Assembly: GCF_036321535.1 (NCBI RefSeq) | Contig: NC_087437.1 | Location: 115,384,001-115,448,000, forward strand | Direction: 5' to 3' | Source of the DNA: Camelus dromedarius | Taxonomy: Eukaryota | Length of the DNA stretch: 64,000 nucleotides | In this document: piece by piece, positions 48,900 through 61,090 of the stretch | How positions within the stretch are numbered: the first letter of the stretch is position 1 | Layout: every line of letters starts with the position of its first letter | Made by a program: the position numbers and the translations under genes | Notes under the pieces: model-generated | The model's database searches: none | Told to the model about the DNA's origin: nothing | What the model saw: the letters and a program-made list of their open reading frames with translations, nothing else

Positions 48900-50233
48900 A
48901 AAATTGGTTTACTTAACAAATTATACAGCAATATATAAGTCCTAGACCTTTTCTCAGGATTCTCATTTACCTTTTCTTCCCATTAAAAATGATTTCTACT
49001 TTTGAAATATCTCGGAAAGTACGGACTCCTTGTCTTCTGCTAGTCTGGTTTAAACACCTCATCAGATCATTAATGTCATGTGTGCGTAAAAGGAGATTTA
49101 TAAACTGGAAAGGTTTCTCTGGGAACCAACTTTTAATGGCTCAGGGAATAAGCTGTATCCATTTCACCGGTGAAGCCCAAGGGTAATGCAGAGCCTGGGC
49201 CCTCGGCATCACAGGTCACCACGCTGTCCCAGGACAACGGCGGCACCACCCGGGGCGTCAGGCGGAGGGATGCTGGGAAGCCCAGGCAGCATGCAAAGCA
49301 CACGGCGTAAGGCCTGGTCCACTGTGGACCCACAGAAACGATGGCAGGATCTGAAGGAAGCAATGTGCTGTAAACCCCCTAATACTGCAAACCACAATGG
49401 AAGGCGAGGGAGAAAGTGGCTTTCAAGCCACAACCCCCTGGCCCCAGCGGAGGCCCCTCAGGGAGGACGGGGGCAGCCAGTCCACCGAGTCCAGGGTGTT
49501 TGTTTTCCTGGCACCACCCAGTGTAGTGGGGTCTTCACTTGGCACCCAAGGTCTCCTGCCACTCAGAACCCAGCCGACAACAGGCACGGACACGCCTTTT
49601 CACCCTGACCACCTTCACACTTAACGATTCTGGGAATAGAGCCCACGCCATTTCACACCAGTGATTTCAGAATTACCCTCACACCAGCGTAGTCACCAAA
49701 TCCCCTCACTCCTGAGAGCAAGGACCACGTTTTCCAGTTTCCTAAAAGTTCTGAAGTCGTAAAAAAAAAGTTACAAAAGAGAGCAGAGTGGAAAACACGT
49801 TACATATTTCCAGCCGACGCCACGAGCACCCTCCCCAGTGGGCGTCCGCAGACGCCTGTCACCATCCTGAGAGGTGGCTTTGCTGCCTGGAGTCCCGGTC
49901 ACATCCGTGGACCAGTCAGGAGGTTTCCCTCGTCCCTGACCTCACTTCCCAGCAGAGGTGGAACTCTCTGACAACTGTTTCCTCAACCTAGAAAGGAGCA
50001 GGTGAGTCAGGAGTCACAGGAAATCCGCTTTCTGGGAGACGGTCTTGCCAGTACAGTCAAGCAGTCCTGAGGAATTTGGAAGGAAAGCTCTGACCAGAGG
50101 TGCCGCCGGCAGCAGAAGCCTGGAGGAAATGAGGAAGGGCCTTGCGGTCGGAAGGGTCAGACTCGCTTCTGCTACAGAGTCATCATGTAACGAGTGTGAC
50201 GCCGCGGGCCTGGGCGCTGTGAGGCCGCCTGGG
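48900..50233 (-). other. VPS26C: Probable VPS26C 3' UTR; end uncertain
   Basis: Follows the stop. Minus-strand candidate poly(A) hexamers are ATTAAA (49132-49137) and AGTAAA (48908-48913). A more distal AATAAA lies at 46289-46294. Confidence 0.45.
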
Positions 50234-50316
50234 CTACGTCCTGCACAGCTTCAGCGGGAAGTTCTCCGTGATGAGGTGGTCGGGGTGCAGCAGCACCACG
50301 ATGTTAACCTCAAACT
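50234..50316 (-). CDS. VPS26C: VPS26C last coding exon (FEVNIVVLLHPDHLITENFPLKLCRT*)
   Basis: cttcgtag acceptor. TAG stop (cta at 50234-50236). Matches the DSCR3 C-terminus. Confidence 0.97.
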
Positions 50317-51742
50317 CTACGAAGAGGAAGGATAAGCTTTACGCTCATCGGCTGCAGAGCAGACACCGAACACCCACCCACCACCGGCACCACACGTCTC
50401 CACAGAGTGGGGCACTGGGTGCCATATGGGTGTCTGTCCCACGCACGTCACCCCAAACTCCCGGGAGAATCGGTGTAGACGCTACACTGGCGTGACTGCC
50501 CAAGTGAGTCTGTCTCCTCACCTTGGAATGTGCTGTGAGGCCTCAGCTTCCCCAAACACCTTCCTTGTCCTCTGTTGTTACTAAAGAGAATCTTCTAGAA
50601 TCTTGTCAATTCATTCATACCCTTTGGCTTTATTTTTACATTTCCTATAGTTCCTAATGAAATAGCGGACTCCACACTGGCCTGAGGCTGTTTGGGGATG
50701 AGTCTCCACCCCCAGGTGAGACAGGATGTTCAGAAACAGCCAGCAGTCTAACTGCTGCTCCCGTGGATACTGGTTAACTTCCCTGAAACTCTTGTTCAAA
50801 GGCTCCTCTTCTACCTTTCAGCAAACATTGCTGATGACAGCAAAAGGGCTGGACCCCTCCCCGGAGCATCCCCTGCACTCGGGGCCATGGTGCTCTTGGA
50901 CTGTGTGCTGTGGGCATATGTTACCTACTTGATAACCATACACGGATTTTGAGAAAAATCGTGGTGCCCTGGTGTGGCTCAAGTCTGACCCGATGTCATC
51001 TTCCAGTCGACTTTGCTGTGCGTTTCCGTGTTTGGTGAACAGCTGAGTCGTTGCCCTCTTTGCTATTGACAAGGGGGTCCTGACCCCATTGTGCTCTTGC
51101 TATGATGTAATGTTTCAGACAAAGCACTCGAGGGCTCCACAGATAGGACTGTGCCTCTGACCTGCTGAGCGAGCAGAGCTCCAGGGCTCACGCTCCTCCC
51201 GGGAGCTCAGAGAGCGCCAAGCAGTGCCCAGTGATTCCAGAGGTGCCCACCTTCCCCTCTTAAAACAAACAGCATGCGCTTAACTTTGGTGGTGAAACTT
51301 ACTTCAATTTTAAATTACATTATCTGTAATTATTTAAAATAAATTCATGGTCTAATTGGAAAAAAAAAACATTCTCTCTGGACTAATAATAATGCACATT
51401 AGAAGATATAGGTGAAATACAATATTAACAAAACACACTGGCCGTGGGAACGAAGTCCCTGCTTCTCACTGAAGCAGGCAAAACAGCAGGACCAGTTAGC
51501 AAACCTCCTTTTTCTATCTATTTACCAGTGAGCCTGGGACACGACGCAGAGCCCGGACACACTTCTGTGGTCCTTTCGATTGGCCTGCAGAGGGCTGTGT
51601 CAGTGAGGGCTGAGCCCGCAGGTCCTCCTGCTGTGTCCCTGCAGCTGGGGGTGAGCCCCCCAGTGACCTTCATAACGATTTTCTCAGGATGATGATTTTC
51701 TTAGGATGGACATAACATCAAAATATTTTATAAGAATCCTTA

Positions 51743-51881
51743 AGGGGGGAGAGTATAGTTCAAGTGACAGACTGCATGCTTGGCATGCATGAGGTCCTAG
51801 GTTCAATCCCCAAACCTCCCCTAAAAATAAATAAACCTAATTACCTCTCTCCAATAAAATAATTAAATGATACAATAAAAA
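51743..51881 (+). mobile_element. tRNA-derived SINE (camelid vic-1-like) with a perfect 16-bp TSD
   Basis: ggggggagagtatagttcaagtg...ggttcaatcccc...aaacctaattacc plus A-rich tail. TSD tttataagaatcctta at 51727-51742 and 51882-51897. Confidence 0.92.
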
Positions 51882-51924
51882 TTTATAAGAATCCTTACAA
51901 TCAAGGAAATGTTCATAATATACT

Positions 51925-52040
51925 GAAAAAGACTATGAAAAGGAATATATGGATGTATATGTATGACTGAAACATCATGCTGTGCACCAGAAATTGACAC
52001 AACATTGTAAACTGACTACAAATCAAAAAAAAAAAAAAAA
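51925..52040 (+). mobile_element. Very short L1 3'-end insertion with poly(A)
   Basis: atgactgaaacatcatgctgtgcaccagaaattgacacaacattgtaaactgacta followed by A16. Confidence 0.75.
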
Positions 52041-52538
52041 GCAAAGGGAGAAAAAGCAGGACAGAAAACTGCATCTGTAATACGATTCAGATCTTATGTT
52101 CAAAATATCCACCCATGCCGTCCTGGAAAATGACGCGCACGCCCTCAGCTGCGGGAGCAAAGGCCCTCGGGAAGATTAACACTCACCCTGGCTGTCACTC
52201 ATCCTGTGTCTCCCTCAAGTGCCAGCCCATCCGAAGAGCTGCCCTGACTGCCCCCCACATTCGGCTGGCTGGTCCCTGGCTGTGTTAGCGTCCTTCACAG
52301 AGCTTATCGTCCCCTCCCCGGCCCACGCTGTCTCCCTGGGTGGCAACGCAAGGTCCCCAGAGCTGGGACTGCTCACCTCAGACCCTCAGCACTCTCCATG
52401 CGTTTCTGTTGAGGGACCAAAGGACTGGGCGCCCTGAGCAGCACCTGACCCCGGCAGATCAGCGAGTCTGTCCCAGCACCGGGCAGCCCTCCTGCGGCTA
52501 CGCCCTTCCCACGAGCACCCCGGGAGCGGCTCACTTAC

Positions 52539-52691
52539 CCACTTTGAAGTTGGTGGTCTCCAGCGTCGGGCAGGTGAACAGCCGGGGGAAGACCATGTAT
52601 ATGGGGACGGAGAGGCTCCGACACACGTCCCCGTCAGCGATCTGAATGTTCTGAATTTCGGTGGCATCACGGGCGTATCCCTCTGCACACC
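52539..52691 (-). CDS. VPS26C: VPS26C coding exon (CAEGYARDATEIQNIQIADGDVCRSLSVPIYMVFPRLFTCPTLETTNFKV-E)
   Basis: ctccag acceptor and G|gtaagt donor. 153 nt, phase 1 to 1. Confidence 0.97.
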
Positions 52692-52882
52692 CTGGAGCAG
52701 GGAGAAGGCATCACGCGGTCAGAAAACAGCAAAGGCCCCAACAGGCTGATCCCTAGACCCGCCGTGGCGCTATGAGAATCTGCATCAGCCGAGTCACCTG
52801 CTCTCCCGCCTGCTCTGCAGGACTCAGGAGCCCTCCCTTCCTCCACATCTCACTCTCCTCAAACACACGTTTACTGGGCTGG

Positions 52883-52924
52883 GGCGGCGAGCTCGGGGGC
52901 AGCGGCGGCGAGCTCCGGGGCAGC
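52883..52924. repeat. 21-bp GC-rich tandem repeat x2 in a VPS26C intron
   Basis: ggcggcgagctcSggggcagc at 52883-52903 and 52904-52924. Confidence 0.85.
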
Positions 52925-52949
52925 GGCCTACCGGCACAGCGGGCCTTAC

Positions 52950-53100
52950 CGCACGTCTCCACGCGGACCAGCTGCAGCTCTATGCTCTTGATGGCGGCCT
53001 CCGAGCTCTCAACCACCAGCTCTCCCGTCAGTGGCTGTGTGATGACACAGCTGGTTGAGTTGAGATGTCCTCTGATGAGAAATTTGGGGAGCAAGGCTCT
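52950..53100 (-). CDS. VPS26C: VPS26C coding exon (RALLPKFLIRGHLNSTSCVITQPLTGELVVESSEAAIKSIELQLVRVETC-G)
   Basis: ttttag acceptor and G|gtaagg donor. 151 nt. Overlaps ORF 52753..53094. Confidence 0.97.
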
Positions 53101-53777
53101 CTAAAACAAAGCAGAAACAAACACGTCAGGACTGGAAGGCGCCGGGGGAAATGGCTCAATAGGTCACTTTGGTACGAATAAAAACCGAAAACAGAGTTAG
53201 ATAATTTTCATAAAATCTACTGAGACCCTGTTTCACAAAATGGGAAAAAAGGTACAGTAGTACTTACATCTTCTGTCGACTGAAGCCACGGACTGAATTA
53301 TTCAACAACTACCTACAGACAGAAGGTGCCTGACACTGCCTGTACACAATGACAGATCTCGCCCAGAGTCATCCTAACTGCCTCGATCAGATCTGGAAAG
53401 CTCCTTCTCACCAAGTAATTCGACATAGGGATGTCTGAGGAAGTTGCCAGAGTGTTTAAGGATAACTGGTCACAAAAAAAAAAAAGGTTTTAAAAAGATT
53501 ATCGGTTTTAATAAGATTATCATTTTTAAAATATTCCCAATTTTGCAATTTTGAAAAGCCAACACATTAATTTCATTTCACGAAAATTTAAATAGAACAA
53601 CTTTCTTCAGTACTTGACTAAAAGCCTAGGACCTTTTCTCTCTGGACAGAGGAAATGGTCAGGGTAAGTGATGACATTCTTGTCGGAAAAACAGATTTAA
53701 AGAGTTAGAGACAATTGTTCTAGCGGTATTTACGATGGCTGTGTCCCAGTTACTGAAGATAATTCAGGGTTTAGAAC

Positions 53778-54060
53778 ACCACTGTCCAACAGAAACATAA
53801 TGTAAATCACAAGTGTGAAGCAAATATGTAATTTAAAATTTTCTAGTAGTCACATAAAAAAAGTAAAAGGAAACAGGGAAAGTCAACCACTATATCCAAA
53901 ATATTATCACTTCTACATGTAATCAATATTTTAAAATTATGAATGAGGTTTTACATTCTCTTTTTTATACTGAGTCTTTGAAACTTGGCCAGTATCTCAT
54001 ACTTAAGCTCATCTTGGTTCAGACCAGCCCCACGCCAAGGGTCAGTGGTCACACGTGGAG
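53778..54060. mobile_element. MER33-like hAT DNA transposon relic
   Basis: cactgtccaacagaaacataatg...taatttaaaattttctagtagtcacataaaaaaagtaaaa...atatccaaaatattatca. Confidence 0.65.
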
Positions 54061-54230
54061 GTCCTGGAGGTCAAGAGCTGGAGAGCCAGGGTGCTCAGTA
54101 CCTGGTGGCCCCCAAAGGCAGAGAACTCTACAAAAGTCTTGATTCAAGACAGAATTCTAAAAACCACTAAAAGAAGCTACTTGTTTAGAAAAATAAAAAG
54201 CAGGAGCAGTTCACATGAAAATTCTTTTAA

Positions 54231-54316
54231 GGGGCGGGTAGAGCTCAGTGGCAGTGTGTGCTGAGCATGCATGAGGTCCTGGGTTCAAATCCCCAGTACC
54301 TCCATTAAAAAAAAAA
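54231..54316 (+). mobile_element. Short tRNA-derived SINE (vic-1-like head plus poly(A))
   Basis: ggggcgggtagagctcagtgg...gaggtcctgggttcaaatcccc...ccatt followed by A11. Confidence 0.85.
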
Positions 54317-54859
54317 AGTTTTTGGCAACTGACAAAAAAAACCCTCAACATCCAGCTGAGGATACTGACTAAACATTTATTTTACCTGTCCTTCCGCCGA
54401 CAGTGTGAACATACGCAGATAAAGAGAGACCCACACCCGGCACAGCTGCTTGGGACACCCTGAGGTGGCCTGGTGAGGTGTCTCTGCACGATGAAAGTGG
54501 ACGGACAGTGCAGACCCCGAGAGCTCAGGGGCCCCACCCTACAGGGTTCCCGACAGGGCTCTGCGCAACCCTGAGATCAAGGGCGGCTCCATCCAGGGGA
54601 GGGGTGCACAGGTGCATCAAAGGGGGCTATCCTGGCTGCATGCAGCCTCCAGAGTCAGCACTTGCCCCAGGGTGGGGCCACAGCATCCCCCAGGGGGACT
54701 CCCCAAAGCAGACTGGCCACGGCAGGACAAGTGTCCCAAATCACCTGTGGCCCCGATGCAGGACAGCAAGCCAACAGTCAGGACAAGCTACCTGCACACC
54801 CTAAAAGAAAGGCCACAAGGTTGAATGTACGACCCTCAAGACAAAGCTAATCAGAGTGT

Positions 54860-56370
54860 GTTTTTATACTCAGAGGCAGAGTCTCACTGGGGCTATGGCG
54901 ACACAGTCCAGTTAATAATACTGTATATATTAGATCCTCATCTGTAAATATAAACTGACAACCAAGAACCAATAAACAGTTGAGGAAAATAAAAGCAAGG
55001 AAGAGAGGCACACACTCAACAAACATTAGAACCAACCCCCTAAGAAAGAGCATCAACAATGGGAATCATCAACGACGGGAGTGATGGGCCTTTGATGCGG
55101 CGCACGGCGTTGCAGGAAATGAAGGGGCTACCCTGACAAAGGAATCGTGCTTCGAAATGAATCACACCATCATCGGAGCAAACATTTCAACAGAGGGGCT
55201 AAATACTAACTGAAGAGCAAATCAGTGAGCTGAAACAGAGCCAAGGGGTTCCTCCATGGTGCACTTAAGAAATAATAAAAGAGAAATTCGTGGAGCTGAA
55301 GGAAGGCTCAAGCCTTTAGCATGAAAGAGACCCCCAAACACCAGGCACACTGACTAAATAAAGATGCAAACCTGGGCTGGTGCTTTGACATTTTACACCA
55401 CGAAGCATGGGGAGATCTTGGAAGTTTTCAGGTGTGAGGGCGAGAGGAGTAGGAACAGATTTGTTCCTGCAAATTTGAGAATCAGATTGTCATCAGTATA
55501 ACTAGGCACTAGAGAAAACCAGTAAGCTGTTTTTCCAAGTTCTAAGGGAAAATGATATTAGAGCCAGGATATTCTACCTAGACAAACAAAAATTCAGATG
55601 TGAGAACAAAGTAAGATATTTTTCAGACACTCCAGGTTTTAAGCTCACTCCTTACCCTTTCTGAAAGAATGACTCTAGGATGTATTCCAGCAAAACAAAA
55701 AATAATTTGAAGAAGGAAAACATAAGCAAGTGGAAACTGATGAGCCATGGCTATGATGAAACCTCTGATTAGGCCGAACAATACGACTGACACTAAAGCA
55801 ACTGTTAAGAAATGGTTTCTTAGATTTATCATGGGATAATTTCATAATGTCTAGAAATATCAAACACTACATTGTAGTGTTTGAAACTAACATTGTAAAT
55901 TAATTTTACTTCAAAAAAATGGGAAGTGAAGCTTAAAAAAAAAAGTTTCCAAGCCAATAAAGGTTTAATATCGGGAAAAATAAAACTGATAACAAGCTGA
56001 AACTTACATTTCAAATGGTTTCAACAAAGGGGAGGTGATGACAGAGAAGGGCAAAAATGTTACAAGCCTTCTGCTAGAAAGTACTTATTCCCAACGCTGT
56101 TATTTAAACTTATAATTGTCTACGTATATTTGAGTTTTTAAGGGCAACTACTAGGAAAGTAGAAATAGGATGTTAGAGAAATAAGGAGCAAACAGCAATA
56201 AGAACAGAAAAAAAAAAAAAAAGAAAAACAACTGCAACGACCTTGATCAATTAGACTAAAGAGTGGAAGAAAAGAAAAACAATAAGCAAACCAGGAAGTA
56301 CAGGACAAGATACAAGGAATCAAACAAATGCAACAGTTTGCAAAATCAAAAGGAATGGGTTAAATTCCTT
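54860..56370 (+). mobile_element. Ancient L1ME-like ORF1/inter-ORF relic; approximate bounds
   Basis: A-rich, with L1 ORF1-like phrases: aaatcagtgagctgaa, gagaatcagattgtcatcag, aggatattctacctag. Confidence 0.5.
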
Positions 56371-57247
56371 CATTAAAAGTGACCGTACTTCAAAAACTCC
56401 AGCGAGATGCTACTGACAAGGGGCACGTGCGATGGAACTGGTTTTCTCTGCTCAGCACCACTTCCTCACTATGGTTCCATTACCAATTTCTGTGTCATTT
56501 AGATTCTTCAGAAGTAGATCAACTTCAGGAAAGGGGGCCAGCTAGCTGGGACACAGCGTGTTAGTTCTCAGGCTTGGACAACCGAGGCAGGGCGACATCT
56601 CAGGAGTAGGGACTGACTGCCTGGGTCTACCTGCTGGCCCCACATGTGCTTCCAATCAACGTTCCAATTCCTGGGAGAAAATATGACTGGCTCACGGGGG
56701 CCACTGTGCTCCAGAAACCAGAGAAGGGAGATGGACTTCCTGAAAGGCTCCCTATGACACAGTCCTGCCTCAGCTGTGCCTCCCGAGGGACAAAGCCAAT
56801 AATCCTCCCACACTGGCCTTTGACTCGACTACAGTCAGGAGGGTCCAGACGGCAGAACGCAGGGGTAGGGCAGGGAGGAAAAGCCACACCCACGGCAGAC
56901 AAGCAGCCCGGGGCCAGCCAGAAAAAAAGGAGGTGCGGCCACCAGGACAGGCAGCGTGGGCTCTAGCCTCGGGGGAGAGGTCTCTGACCACAATGCAACA
57001 ACACTGGGAGGAGACAGTAAAAAAAAATCATAAACGTAGATCTTCTCTTTTAAAGACCATTCTTCTAAGTAGTTACTGAATTTAACAAGAAATCAAAATT
57101 GAAAGTACAGACATTTTGGGTACAGACAAAAATTTCCTCTTGCTGATGACCTGATACCCAAACAAAGAACAACTGGGCAGCAGTTTATCAGTGGGATCTG
57201 GTTACCATGCGAGTCTCCCTGGCAATGGCGTGTAAGGAGCACGTTAC

Positions 57248-57322
57248 CTCTTTGACATTCTGTAAGGTTTCAGGTGTAATAGTGAAGTCCACGGGACTCG
57301 GAGTCAATTTCCCCTTCTGAGG
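57248..57322 (-). CDS. VPS26C: VPS26C coding exon (PQKGKLTPSPVDFTITPETLQNVKE)
   Basis: ttttag acceptor and GAG|gtaacg donor. 25 codons. Confidence 0.97.
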
Positions 57323-57509
57323 CTAAAACAGGAGGAAAAAGCACAGTCAGTAGAGGGCTGAATGTTCTGCACGTCAAATTCTCTTTCCCTGCCTAAAGAA
57401 ACCCAAGGCAGCACAATGAACCAGACGGAACTTGGTACTAAGAGGCAGGATGCTTGGGGTCTAAACACAGTTCTGCCAAGAAAGAATGTCATGTTCTGTC
57501 AAACGCCTT

Positions 57510-57870
57510 TATCCCCGTGACTCAACTTCCTCATCTGTAAAATGAAGGGATAGGCTTCCCAGTCTCTGAGGACCCTTTCAGGTCCAGAATTCAAAAATTA
57601 GACTTAAGAAACCAAGCAGCGTTACTGAGAGACATTTATCTGAACCTCTCTCTTAGAATGAGAGCGCACACCAGAGTGGCTCCACAATGTGCCACTGAAT
57701 CTGCACGCTGACCCTGTGGGCTGCTGCTACCACCAATGGTCCCACTTTCCAGATGAGGACAGGGAAGCGCAGAGAGCTTAAAAGGGTGCTCAAGTAAGTG
57801 GCAGAGCAGAGATTCCAACCCAGGCAGCCTGGCTCCAAGGCCAGAGCTGTCAGCCACTCAGCTGCACAAC
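57510..57870. mobile_element. MIR fragments (both orientations)
   Basis: ttcctcatctgtaaaatgaaggg, and cccactttccagatgagga...gcagagattccaacccaggcagcctggctcca. Confidence 0.65.
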
Positions 57871-59464
57871 TGTCCACTGGGAAGAATCACACCTATAAAA
57901 CAGTAATTATAAATGTTAACGTAACTAATTAACAGTGATCATCACCGCATTACACAGCTGCAGAATCCATCAACACAGCCAAGCTTCCCTGGGCCTGCCC
58001 AGGGTCTTTTACTCGTGGGCTGGGACCAAAGGCCACTGATGCCCAGATGGCAGAGGAGCCGTAGTGGAGAAAGGACACTGACCAATTTGCCAAGTTTACT
58101 CACTCACCAAAAGCTTTCTCTGGGAAATATTCTTCTTGAATATAATCTTTTTACTAGTGAATATATTTTTCCTTGCAGCTCATAAAGGAACATTTAACTT
58201 GTTAACTACAGTCACAGCGTGGTTTGGCCTTCTTGTGAAATCATTCACAAAGAACACGATCCTTGAAGGCCGAGTGTGGGTGAACCCCCAGGAGCAGGGA
58301 GGATGCCCCCACTGCTGCCCTGCCTGAGCTGGCCTGTGAGCAGGCTCTGTGGTCACGAGTGGGCTCAGGTCGAGGGCTGAGTGCGGGGACCCGGCTCTGA
58401 GTGGGGGGCCGAATTTGGGCTCATTCTTCTTCACAAAACTGGAGGCTCTTTTTCTTTAGGACATAAAATGGTATGTGTTTTTTTTAGGGAATAATCTATG
58501 TGAAAAGACATTTTTTTTGCTTCCATTTGAAAATCCTTGATGGAAAAAAGGAAAATATCCATCTATATCAAATAACTTCCAAAAAAGATATTTTAATCAT
58601 ATTTTACACAAAACATTACAGCACTGAAGGAAACACTTAACATTATGCTTATTAAAAATTTATAAAGAGGGGAACTACAGATATTGGAAGTCCTAAGAAG
58701 TCACAAAAATGCTGCACAGAAAGAGCGTCAGTGATTCTCCGATCTTACGCGCGAGAGATTTAAGTCTTACGTTTTCACTTAATCATCACTGAAAGATTCC
58801 CACGGACATTTTGTAACAGTGTAAGCGGCCCTGCCCCAGAGGACCTGGGGAGGCTGTGACACAAGGGAACCAGAGCTGTGGGCATGAGGACCTGTCACCC
58901 ACCATGTGTCGCCTGCAGCAGCTGGGGAGGGGGACTTGGTCCCCTATGTCTGCACGTGAAAGGAATTTTTGAGGACATTTTTATCACTGCAAAGTATCAG
59001 CAGAAGGTGTCAGGACCCCGGCCTGAGCACCTCTGTATGTTCTTGCTGTGTCTGCCAAGAATGTAAGCCCCTGGCCTCCTCCTCCCAGGCTGGGCCATTT
59101 CTCTGAGCTGCTGGCTGTAGCTACCCTGAGGGACGAGGTGACGTCTCTCTCCAGGGCCGAGAGCAGGCCTGCTCACTGCTCGCTGTAATGAAGGTAGGTG
59201 CCCCAGCACGGGGCTCCCTGGAGGTGCAAACCCCTCAGGTGCAGCGCCCTCTGGGCCCATGGCATCACCCTGTGGGACTCTGGGCTCCAGGGAACAAGAC
59301 ACACGGATGCTCATGCCACCGGCTGTGCGCCATGTCTGACCCCGGACACCCGTGTCTTTCCCACGAAACACACCAGGCTAACTTAGTGCTTGTGAGTGGG
59401 GCAAAGTCCCAGCCCCCACCAAAGATTCCTATGACTGAGCACAGAGCCCCCAAGGGCAGCTTAC

Positions 59465-59545
59465 AGCAGAGTGAACGATGAATTCACAGGTCTTGGTCAA
59501 GTCCTTGGCCAACAGTGACCGCCTCATGTCACAGCGCAGGGTGTA
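59465..59545 (-). CDS. VPS26C: VPS26C coding exon (YTLRCDMRRSLLAKDLTKTCEFIVHSA)
   Basis: cctccag acceptor and GCT|gtaagc donor. 27 codons. Confidence 0.97.
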
Positions 59546-60829
59546 CTGGAGGGAAAAGGCAGAGAAGACGCTATTTTAGATGGTCTGCTCTCATCTTGGA
59601 ATCGCATACAAAGAAACAAGTCAGTCAACATATTTTAGGGAAACTGTCCACTTAACGTGTTTTATAAAATTAACATACATAATGGGAGAGTTAGTGTTCA
59701 AAATAAAGGCATTTCTATAAAAAACATTTTAAGGTTATTCCTCAGCCCATTCCCACAACCAACTTGCTTAAAAAAAAAAAAAAGTCACACATGTTCAAAA
59801 AAGTCAGCTGTTTGATCCTCCGGGAGATACTGCAGTATTATGTTAAAGACAATTTGTAGAATGGGAATTATATCTCTAGTTGATTCAAGAAGCTACAACC
59901 ATTATGAACAACCTACCCATTAAAGAAGCTATTATATATTTAAGGTACTACCTGGAGATTAAAACATTAAAAAAAAAAGAAAAAAAGAATCATTCCTTGT
60001 CTGCAAGGACCTTTACATATATACTCTCCATGGCAATTTCAATCTTGCCTCCCCAGCCAGACAGGCTCAGTGAGGGCTGGTACTACACACGCACGTTCTG
60101 TCACGTTCTGTCTGCGTGTCTGACACACCTGTGTGCGTCGGTGTGCTTATGGACACCATCCTCCTCCCGCATGGCCCACATGCTGGCTAGAACGGGCACT
60201 ACTTTATTCCGAATTGCTTGGTCTCCCCGATCCTTTTCCCAATGGGAATGTCCCTTTCTCATTTTCAGTCTCAGGGGTTTGACGGGGCTGACTCCCCCTA
60301 CCCCACCCCACCCCACCTGGAGATGGCAGGTCAGCCAGGACTGCTGCTGGGCTACGGGAAAGAATCCTTTCTGCTGGGGCTGCCAACCCAGGAGACCGGA
60401 CACCTGCAGCCGCCTGCTGGCAGCCAGCTTCGCCAGGGCCAGGGTGGAGCCTGCCTGGGAGTGGGGCCTGCGCCGGAGAAACCATGCTGGAGGCTGCCTG
60501 GTCGCCCCTGGCCTAGGCAGTCCCCTGGAATTGTGAGTTCTACACCCCAATATCCCTTTTTTTGGGCAAAGCCAGTTTGAGCTGAATTTCCACAACTTGC
60601 CAATGAGAGTGTGAATAACAGACACCAACTTCCGGTCACTAAATGTTTTCTGAGTGTGAAAGCGGTAGTTGGTAATATAAGGCAGCTGGGGATAAGTGGG
60701 GGACGGGGAGAAGGGTGGAGAGAAGAGGAAAACACTGATGTTATGTTTTAGGAATTGCATGAAGTTCTTTTATATGTGTGTTCTCAATTCTAACAGTTCG
60801 AATATCAGAACTGTTAAGATAAGGGTAGA

Positions 60830-61090
60830 CACCATTAATTCATTTATTTAATCATTTGGCAAATATTTTCTGGGTACATTCGATGTGCCAGGCACTATGT
60901 TAACTAAGTACTTCACACCAAGACCTCATCCACCCCCTAGGAGGAGAGGTCATGAGGGCTGCTAGGGGTCACAGAAGTGGGATTTGAACTTACACCTGCC
61001 TGTTGCCAAAACTCATGCTCTGAATCTTTACGCAATACTGTAACTCAAGCCCAGATCTGTCTGCTGCAAAGCCCTGGATTCTTTCACTCC
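60830..61090 (-). mobile_element. L2 tail and MIR fragments
   Basis: ttcatttatttaatcatttggcaaatatttt...tgtgccaggcact, and gggatttgaact. Confidence 0.5.

Noticed and set aside
54231..54305. tRNA-like sequence with A and B boxes
   Set aside because: Followed by poly(A), lacks a clean cloverleaf and is homologous to the other SINE copies, so it is not a tRNA gene.
59880..60760. Overlapping 218-aa (+) and 219-aa (-) ORFs, the longest in the track
   Set aside because: They lie within a VPS26C intron, start at non-ATG or weak contexts, have no recognisable domain, and one crosses an A-run. GC-rich sequence readily gives such frames.
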